64,000 nt of DNA from Schmidtea polychroa (Eukaryota), in assembly GCA_044892525.1 (NCBI GenBank), contig CM097885.1, forward strand, positions 50,346,001 to 50,410,000, written 5' to 3'. The position numbers and the translations under genes are program-made. The notes beneath the pieces were generated by a model, which did no database searches, was not told the DNA's origin, and worked only from the letters and a program-made list of their open reading frames with translations. Below, piece after piece: positions 54,300-64,000 of the stretch (its first letter is position 1; every line of letters starts with the position of its first letter).

Positions 54300-54792
54300 T
54301 TGCAATTCGAAAGATTCTTGGATACAGGGCCGGCCCGAAGTGTGTGCACAAAATAATCTTCCGAAATTGGTTCCAGAACAATGCATTGTATATGACACAA
54401 TCATGCAAGCAATTAGAAATCAAAGTGGCGGATTGTACTTTATATATGCGCTGGGAAGTACAGGGAAAACTTTTCTCATTTCAATCATTTTGGCAACCAT
54501 ACGATCACCGAATAAAATTGCAATGGTAGTTTCCGGTGAGATTCGCTTTTGTAATGACCATAAACAAAGCCCAAGGACAATCGCTGCAAGTGTGTGGAAT
54601 AGATTTGGGGAAACCTTCCGATTTATTCGTATACACACCAGACGAAAAAACAAAAATATTTTATATCCGAAAGCACTCGAATAAATAAATAAATAGTATT
54701 AAAATAAATAAATTTCAATGTGTTGTTTTAATTTTTGTGTCCATGAATTTCCTTTTTTTTGAGATCGCAGCAACGCGCGACGGGTAAGCTAG
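54300..54792 (+). mobile_element. Helitron remnant (PIF1 helicase fragments and 3' end)
   Basis: EQCIVYDTIM..GGLYFIYALGSTGKTFLISIILA; alternative-frame MTINKAQGQSLQVCGIDL; KNILYPKAL*; GC-rich subterminal segment followed by CTAG. Confidence 0.88.
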
Positions 54793-56945
54793 CCATTTAT
54801 ACAGGAAGTGGTTTTTATTAATTTTCCACCAATATTTAAGTTTGAGGTGACTAAATGTAGGAAATCAAGTTTATCAATAGGAAATTAATTTAAATGTATT
54901 ATACATTAATTTCAATTAATTAAATAAACATCAATTAGATACACAATTAAAACGCAATAAATAATTAAAGACATGTTTAATAAATACTTCAGGGTCCTAA
55001 CCAAAACGAGGTTCAGAGCCGCATTACAAATATTTTAGAAGAAGAGCCATAATCATATATTAACTAATCAAAAGGTTTACCCCAAATCATTTTACAAAAG
55101 ATAATATTATAATTTTTCAAATTGCTAACAACAAAAATAATTGAGTTGAATCATCGAAAATAATTTGATTACGTAATATCTCTTTTTGTTTCAAATTTAA
55201 ATGGAATTTAGTAAATATTTTGTTTAATTAATTTTTATGAAAATCTTTTTTTATAAGAATTTTAGACTAATGCCAATTTTAGTTGTAGACGTGCGCAATT
55301 TGTTTTATCACCCGATGTTGTAGTTTTTGGGCATTTTCCTTGTCGGCCCTTAGATTTTTCCATTAATTGGAGAACTTAACAGAATAAGTGGATTGATTTC
55401 AAACAAATCTATTAATATAGATTAAACAAAGTAATGGTCCTGGTAATGTAATTGAAGGGTTTATCAATAAATACTGACGTTAAAGCTGTAGGTAGTTAAA
55501 ATGATTCATGTAGGATACTTCCTGATAATCTATTTAGTATGATCTTAGAATTTTATTTTAAATTTGATTATTTCGAAATCGTTTGTACTGTCTATTTCAA
55601 GATTCACCTACCCACTCAGTCACATCACATTCGTTCACATTAGATTAATAAAACACGAAACAAATATTTTATTAAAATTATATCAAATCACATATCTATA
55701 AATGGTAATTAGTAGGGCGGCTTCACCCAGAACCTCGTTTTCGTAGTAATTTGGAATCTTAATTTTTATCAATTTTAATGGCAATTTTTCGTAATTTATT
55801 ATTTATTTTCTTTTCTAGTTTTCATATTTTATTTATTTTTATTTTATTTCGCCGCCATGATGGATATGGTTGTTTTTAGAATATTCTGTTATTTTAGAGA
55901 TTTTATTAGCTAATTCCTATGTTATTTCAGGTTAATTTTTTTGCTTATTTACTTCTTCAAATCTAGCTTCTTGGCAGCCATGATGTATTTTGAGATTTTT
56001 ATAGAATTTTCTAGATTTATATTCATGGCTATGATAAATATTTTATCCCTACTTTCTTTTTTAAAGTTATTTTGTGGAAATCTTTCTAATTACCATTCTT
56101 ATCTTTCTTCGTCGTCAATAATTCAAATTCGCCTACTTCTGTTGTGTTTTGAGTGGATTTTATGTAGTACTTCTCGCTTTATTTCATATTAGTTTATTTT
56201 ATGTTTATTATTTTTGTATTGAGTGAACTCTATTCATTTGTTTTATTGATGATTGGACGTGTTTGATTTTAACTCAACTTAATTTTTATTTCAATTGACA
56301 GAAGAGCTTGGGACCGAATATCAGCTATGAAACAACAATAAATAAAGCTATAGATTCATCGGGGTGGAAATATTGCCAAATAAGATATTTTTAAGTTAAT
56401 TTAATTTAATTAAAATTTGTGTAAAATGTAAAAAAATTCGTATGTGGAAAATGTGCAATACGAAATACCAAAATTTGTAAAAAATGTGCTGAAAATGCAT
56501 AAATATTAATAAAACTTTTCTAAATAGAAAAAATACTTTTTTTACTATATAATTTACTAAAATCTTTTTCTATATTAACGATACATTTTTTTGAAGCGGT
56601 AATAGCACTGTTTATGGTAAAATTAGGTGTACATGAAATGTCAGTAGGTCTAGTGTTTAATTAATTAATATTAAAATTTATGAAATTAATTTAGAGATTG
56701 TATTCATTTTTTGAGAATATTAAAACAAATAAAACATGAACTAAATAAACAATAAAAAGAGATTTATCAAAATTTATTCAACACATAAAAGTCAAAATCT
56801 TTATAAAAATTTGCTTATAGACATCAATAAAATAGAAAAAATGATATTTGCGTGATCTATGATATGTCATCATCTCATGAAGCATTATTCAATGCTCAAA
56901 TACATCACATAGCTCGGAATTTATTGTAAATGAATAAAAATAACA

Positions 56946-57304
56946 TTATTTCTTAAGACCAACTGATAATCCAATAATAAGGGCTAAAGCTGCTAAAACT
57001 GCAATAACAATCCCTATAATACATATTTTCTTTTTCATCGCGGACTTTTTATAATCAACCGCCTGATCCAATTGCTTATTGGCTGCATCGACATCATAAA
57101 AGGCAGTTTCTACGTTCAGCACAATGTTATTTACATGTTCTCCTTGTTCCTCTATCATCGAATTCAACCGGATAAACATATCCTCAAGGAGAATTACATC
57201 TCGATTTATTTTTTCCATTTGTCTTTGCTCTTCTTCTAATTCTTTCAGTTGTGAATCCTCAATTGTCATTTGTTCACTGTGTTGCTTATTTTCTTCATCA
57301 TAAT
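56946..57304 (-). CDS. Syntaxin-like Qa-SNARE, terminal exon (paralog B; upstream exons not found)
   Basis: SNARE motif MEKINRDVILLEDMFIRLNSMIEEQGEHVNNIVLNV followed by a C-terminal TM anchor; TTTAG acceptor at 57305. Confidence 0.8.
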
Positions 57305-57462
57305 CTAAATTAATCAAGTCAATTTTACTTTACAAAATGGAAATGAAAAATTGAAAACTATAAAAAGAAAGATTTTAAGTAAAAATATCAAAACTAAAGA
57401 AAAATGTATTATAAGAACTTTTTTTTCAATTTCACCACTGATTATTTTTTCCATTGAATTTA

Positions 57463-58123
57463 TACCATTTGCCAGTCTATTTCGTGTTTTTACCAATGAA
57501 TTTCGCTTTTTCATAAATATAGATAAAAGTATTTCTTTTAAATAAATAATAAAAATTAAACAATTATATTTTGTTTTTAATATAATATTCAATATTAAAT
57601 ATTGCCTAATTAATATAATGTTGTTGCATTTTTTATTTTGAATTTCAGTATATCTTAATCATCGTTAAATATTATTTAATAAATAACCCATATGTCTGAA
57701 AATAGAAGAAATATTGAAAAAAACAAATCTGTAACTTGTGATAAAATTGCTAATGCTTCTAGACAGAATTTAATTCGTTTTGTCTTCGAACAAGGCTACA
57801 GTGTTAAAGATGCAGCTGCTATTGTTAAAATTAAATATTCAAATGCTTTGTCAATTGTTAAAAATTATAAAGAAAATAATAGCTATGCACCAAAGACAAA
57901 AGGCGTAAGCGTTAAGTCAGTTATTATGCAAGAAGTAAAATTATTTATAGAAAATGAAGTCTCATTAAATCCTTAAATACATTAAATATATTTTTTAATT
58001 TTTTTTAGTTATTGATTTTCTTATATTAATTATTTTTTAAGCTTATTATTTCAATTAAATTTCTTTTATTTTTGAGAAAACGAAATTCATTGGTAAAAAC
58101 ACGAAATAGACTGGCAAATGGTA
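57463..58123 (+). mobile_element. Tc1/mariner-superfamily internally deleted element
   Basis: ~45-bp TIRs TACCATTTGCCAGTCTATTTCGTGTTTTTACCAATGAATTTCG, TA flanks; HTH-like ORF 57692-57976. Confidence 0.85.
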
Positions 58124-60377
58124 TATTAAAAAGATAGTTAGAAGATTTCGATGTTTTTGATAAAATTATGATTAATGATCTTTATCAATTTAAAAGTTGT
58201 CTTTTAGAAAAATGGATTAAAAGTATTAATTTCTTTGCCGTTTATGATGTATTCTTTGTGATAAAGTCTTAAGAATTAATGCTTTCAATAAAACTATCCA
58301 TTTTAAAGTTTACTTAATGTTGTTCTAAAAATATAAAAAATTGGAATCATGTTTTAAATAGCCTTTATTTTACAAGACAAGTCATTAGAACCTTTGTATG
58401 AACAAGAAATCATAAATGAATTTTTTATCATAATGCAAACATGCGAAAAAACAATTAGAAAATCCTGAAATTATCAACATTTAGTCAGTTTGAACGCAGA
58501 TTTTCTTGACTCTCCCCAACAATTTAGAACGATCTGTTATTTTCAAGATGCCATTTTGAAACCTTAACGACCGCATTATAACGGAGCTCTATACTACTGT
58601 CAAATTTATAGTAACAGAACCGGGACAATTAAAAACTAGTATGTACTCTAAAATTCCGCAAGAATTATTAACTTGATTAAATTAAATAAATCATATGAAT
58701 TTTATCCCGGATTTCCTAAGTAAAAATTAATTTAGCAACTGTCAATATTTGTTTTGAAATGATTAATGATGAAGATTCCAAATTTTAATGTTTTTGTTAG
58801 TTTTCACATAGTTCAAATTAATGAGTTATCATTTTTGACAATTTTCACATATTTGAATTTGTTTTGTCAAATGAAAGTATTATTCTGCGGCATTTTGCAT
58901 AGGTTTATTTGTAGTTATAGAAAACACTCAAAGATATATTGACATAATTTTATATAACCAGTCCATAACCAAAGTCTCCATGGAGGTCTTATACAAAATT
59001 TGATGTTATATGTCATTATCAATCAGAAATAAATAGATTGGTTTGCAGCATCTATCAATTGTGTTGTCTTATGCGTGACGGAACGGTTCTTAGCGCGGTA
59101 CGCAAAGCACACATAAATGACGTGACCCAAAAAACACTAAAAACATTTTGTAAAAATTTTAATCATAAATAATTTTGATTTACTTTAAAAACAGCAGATT
59201 CATTTAAAAAACCGGCGCCGCTCCTGGCGAAAGTGTGATAAATTTGTGCCGCAGCGAATGGGTTAAGTAAAAATCATTAATTTTCACAAGCATTAACCTT
59301 AAAATCTATATCGTATCTGTTTTCCATCCCAACTATTTCTTTACTTTTATTTCTCATCTAAAATATCCCTTGCCATTCCTACAACCTCCAATTTATTGAA
59401 ATAGGACATTCGCATATTACATACGTAAAGTATGCATAACCTGTGTGACTCATTTATTTAGATGATCTGAAACAAAGATTTTAAGAAAGAAAGAACTTGA
59501 ACTTTTAAGAATTTAAATTCCCTAGTTGTGTTGTTTCATGTCAACGAATAGGATCATTAAAAATGCTAATGACCATAGTAAAGTTATGCCTAGAGTATAT
59601 GTCATGGCAAATTAGAAAATTTACAATCAAGTTTATAACTGCGATTATAACCCTATCAACACGTCATCTGCTTAATGATAAAGAATATACACTGTAAATG
59701 TTGTGACCATTTCATTTGTTATTATGACAAAGTCCGTTGATTAAAAACGAATAGAAATTGCCGCAGTTAGTTTGAATGACAGCAAATAACAATCAAAACT
59801 GGCTGTTTTTTATGTAGTGTTTATAAGAAGTAAAATTAATTTATCGCTATTTTGGCTAAATTAATCTATGAAACCCCTGTTGAATGAGATGAGAAATTTA
59901 TTTGTATGAACGCAAATGAGAATGCAAAAGTATATGACTTAGTACAGTATGAATAGAGTATAAATATGTAATATGCGGATACCCTAACAAAAATTTGATA
60001 AATTAAATCTTGATTACCTATGTTACTAAAATTATTTGAACACAGTCCATTGTATCTTAAGCAAAAAATTTCCCTTTCAAAAAAAAATTAATTTCCTTTA
60101 GAATTTAAAGCAGCACAATTAATTAATTAACCAATCAAAATCTATTACTAAAATAACGTGAATTTAAATGGAAAAAAAATACTAAAATGAAATAAAAACA
60201 AACAGATAATTAAACATTTATTTAATTAAAAATTAAATTTAAGATTTGTAATAAGTTCATAACAAAGATTGTCACTGTTGAAATAGTCCGAATGATAAAT
60301 AATGCGGGTCGATTGTATAAATAAAATGACTGAAATATATACATGCGTAGGCATAACATTTGAGCATTCATAAGCGA

Positions 60378-63031
60378 TTATTTGCCAAAACCTACTGCTA
60401 GTCCAATTATCAACGCCAATACAAGCAAAACTGCAGCAACTATTCCAATAATGCAAAGTTTTTTTCTCATAGCTGATCTTTTATAAGCATTAGCTTTTTG
60501 TAATTCTCTTGCTCCTAAGTCCACTTTTGTAAAGGCTTCTTCTACATTACATTCAATAGCGTCTACACTTTGACCTTGCTCTTCTATCATATTACCGAGT
60601 TTCATGAACATTTCTTGCAGTTTCAGTATATCTTTAGAAATACTTTCCATTTGCTTTTGTTCTTCTTCAGCCTGTTTTAACAAAGAATTTGAAACAGTTA
60701 TTTGTTCATCATGACCCAAGCTGTCTCCATTTACATCTGACAAGGAATAAGCGATATTAATTACAAATTAAATTTCTCTAGTCTGATTGCAGAATCAAAA
60801 CTATTATCCATAATTTACGTACTTAAAATTGACATTAAAAGCAGAAGAAAAAAATTCCGACTATATAATGGACGATGATGTGCGATAAAAGATTTTATGA
60901 CGTTCCTTTCACTGTCTGACCAATAATTTGAAATTAGCCCCATTTGATGAAAAAATATAAATTAATTGTCCTTTTAACGATATCATTTACAGTAAAACAA
61001 TAAGTATTTTAATACAGTAAATGAGATGATTATTTTTCCAGGTCATTCATGAAAATTAAAAATAATATTATGGAGTTTTAAAAAATATAAATAATAATTA
61101 ATCTTAAATATTCAAAAAATTTTTAATTTTCAATTAAGTAGTTTCATTTGAAAACAATGAATAATCGATAATAATTAATTAATATTGGACAATGACATAA
61201 CAGGGAGCAAAGTGGAAGGTTTCGGTTGCCATTGGTAACGTGGCCTTGAAAAATTAATTTTTTATTTATATTTTTAATTTGCTAAATTTTAATTGAAGAA
61301 TTCATTATAGAGGGAGGCCTCGGTTGTCTTGTGTTACATGACCTTCAAAAAATCAATTTTTATGGTAAACTTAGTTTGCTATATTTTGTTTAGAAAACGG
61401 TAAAATCGATAGGAAAGGGATTTTTAGAAAAGTAAAAAATGCCAAGCGATTAATTTCCTTTGCATATAATGTTGGTGCTCCGTGTTAAGATTCTATTTTA
61501 ATGGGGAGGGGATCCATTATAGAAGGAAGCTTCGGTTGCCATGGGTAACGTGGCCTTGAAAAATTAATTTTTTATTTATATTTTTAATTTGCTAAATTTT
61601 AATTGAAGAATACATTATAGAGGGAGGCCTCGGTTGTCTTGTGTTACAAGGCCTTCAAAAAATCAATTTTTATGGTAAACTTAGTTTGCTATATTTTGTT
61701 TAGAAAACGGAAAAATCGATAGGAAAGAGATTTTTAGAAAAGTAAAAAATTACTTTGCATTGAATGTTGGTGCTCGGTGTTAAGATTCTTTTTTAATATG
61801 GAGGGGATCCATTATAGAATCAAGCTTCGGTTGCTATTGGTTACATGGCCTTGAAAAAATTTAATTATATTTTTTAATTTGCCATAAAGGGGATCCACTA
61901 TATAGTTGACTCTATGGTAGAAAATGGCAAATAATAATGGGCATTATGGGATGTGAAATTCCAGTTATAGTTTCGCTCCCCATGTGACAAATTACCAATC
62001 TATTAAACGGTTATTGCAAACCATATTTTATATTATTGAGCATCCGACCATTGATCAATAGTATAATGCATTATTATGCACCGGAATATAAGGATTGGTT
62101 TAGTGTGTGGTGAACAGTAGCTGATTGGATGAGCTGATTGGTTTCAATGACAACTCCATGGTCAGCTATTTTTGAATATAAAATAAACTTTTATTTATAC
62201 ATCTTATACAGCTTTTCATTTTAATTATGAAAGTGAAAATTTAAGCAAAACGCAAGATTGGGCAGTAAATAGATAATGCGGAAATTAAGACCGATGCTGG
62301 AACTGTTAATATTCTCACTGTCAATAGGAGCCATATTATTATATTTCCTTCTTAAATAGCAGCTAAAAACAATCAGTAAACAATTAAAAAATAAATAAAA
62401 GTTATGTATAGTTTATAATTTCATTGAAGAGGAGTTCAATGCGTCCTAATGCTTAGTATACATACCTAACCATGCTCCTTTTCGTTTTCAATTTTAAAAT
62501 AAAATAAAGTCAGTTTTTATTCCATTTCTAAAGAAAAAGATAATCAATTCTTACCGAATTGATTGGATGTTATTGAAATTTCTCTTTTACGTTGCATTTC
62601 ACGAATTTTTAATTCTGAGTTAATATTTGTGCATAGATCTCGGAAATTACGAGTTTGATCAACTGCTTTTGTTCGGAGTTCTTTGATTTTAATTTTTTTA
62701 ACATTTAAATTCTGAGAATTATCTGTTGACAACTGACTAAAGATAAGTAGGTTAATTAAATTTCTTTATTGAATTTTGTGATCAACCTTTCAAGATCTGA
62801 AATTTCTTTTTCTAATTGATAAAAAAGACTGTTTAATTTTTCTCTTGATTTCTCAAGATTTTTCACATCACCATGTTTGTGTTTAATTATTTGAAAATCT
62901 CGATTAGTAGAATCCATTAACTGTCGAATGCTAGTGAGAGTTTGTTCGATTTTGGTTAGTTGGGCTTTCCACCTACTATCTGCACCCAGGCCAGGTGTTA
63001 CATCTTTATCTGAATTTACGGACCACGACAT
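60378..63031 (-). CDS. Syntaxin-7/12-like Qa-SNARE (paralog A), some splice sites degenerate
   Basis: Habc-like helices in 62765-63031 and 62555-62732; small exon ending GAWL at ~62466; terminal exon 60378-60736 with SNARE motif (EEQGQSVDAIECNV) and TM anchor. Confidence 0.78.
61221..61885. repeat. ~300-bp tandem repeat (about 2.2 units) in a syntaxin intron
   Basis: TTCGGTTGCCAT.GGTAACGTGGCCTTGAAAAATT recurs at 61221, 61531 and 61826. Confidence 0.85.
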
Positions 63032-64000
63032 TTTTTAGCTGCAAATAACGAAATTGTTAAGACAAATTAACTAAATACTGATAGTATAAATCTTAAAATT
63101 TTAAATGAAATATCTCAAATTAATATAATTTTAATTAATTTTAAATTATTAAAAAGTTTATGTCATTTCCTGTAAAATTAAAAAGTTAAAAGAACTTTTA
63201 AAAGAATTGAATTATAAAAACAACAAATGTTTGTTTAATTAACATTAATCATAATAAAATATTGATAAAATATTAAAATGAAATTATTTTATTAGAAATT
63301 ATCAAATATAATACAATAATAATAATATAGAAATTTGAATTTAATAATTAATGTTATACAAAAATCAGTATAATCAAAATAAATTCACTATAATAAAAAT
63401 ATCTTTATTATCTTGTTGCTTCTTTATCAAAGCTTCTCGTCATTTTGTTGGGTTTTTATTGTTTATGGTTGTAAATTTCTTGTAAAGAGTTTGTTGTTTG
63501 AAGTATGGTTTTTTTTTGTGATTTGCTTCTTTTACGTTATCTGACTTCTGTATCTGCTTGATTTCCTAGTTGTTACTTCACTTAGTTTTTGCTCGTAATT
63601 TTTGGTTTTGCTTTATAGTTTTACTTGACGTTTTTGCTTTCTTTTCTCGGATCGTTTTGTTTGTTTGGTTTTGGGTTAACTTTTTTGTTTAGATTTTGGT
63701 TAGTTTTTATGTTTGGTTATTTTGGGTTTTGTGGCTTTTTATTTGGTTTATATTTGGGTATATAGATATTGTTTGTTAACTCGAGCAATATTCCACCCTA
63801 CATGCTAAACTTAAAAATTACGATGCACTTTCTTTTCGGTACTCAATGCGTCATTCTGATCACCCAATCAATTGGTAAGCAATTTGAGATAGGTAATAGA
63901 TATGTATAGAAGATTAAGTCCAAATGTTGGCATTAAAATATAATTTTTGATTTTTCTTACAACTATATGTTATCGTCTCTCTTGAGTTTAAACTGCTTGC

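Noticed and set aside
58240..59266. Possible piggyBac remnant ending GCAGCGAATGGG-TTAA
   Set aside because: Only one end and very weak coding traces are visible
63420..63790. Lys/Asn/Gln-rich minus-strand stretch
   Set aside because: Low complexity with several stops; no recognisable family

Overview
Very AT-rich eukaryotic, probably animal, DNA with a mix of tiny (29-51 nt) and very large GT-AG introns. The first ~20.6 kb is Polinton/Maverick (adintovirus-like) sequence. A multi-kb inverted repeat (1-2116 vs 5825-8036, left arm running off the window) is built from satellites and encloses a 3.7-kb decayed spacer. It is followed by a dense ATGAGTCAT/TGACCTTGA motif array that ends in a Polinton-like ...CTACT terminus at 10519. 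Then comes a tightly packed plus-strand virus gene cassette: a GGF-motif pX-like peptide, an overprinted ORF, a DDE integrase with chromodomain, minor capsid, a pVII-like core protein, major capsid, an adenain-type protease and a protein-primed PolB. Several viral genes appear to carry spliceosomal introns, including a 78-nt (ATT)n intron next to an integrase catalytic Asp. No packaging ATPase is visible, and PolB is broken by one deletion/frameshift. The remaining ~43 kb is host DNA: a ~26.5-kb divergent SLC6 transporter gene whose large introns hold many transposon relics (hAT, pogo/Tigger, Tc1, piggyBac-type MITEs, Gypsy, solo LTR), a second decayed Polinton minor-capsid gene and an orphan ORF beside two GC-rich hairpins; a Helitron remnant; and two tandem syntaxin-like (Qa-SNARE) genes. 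All calls come from reading the sequence by eye; no searches were run.
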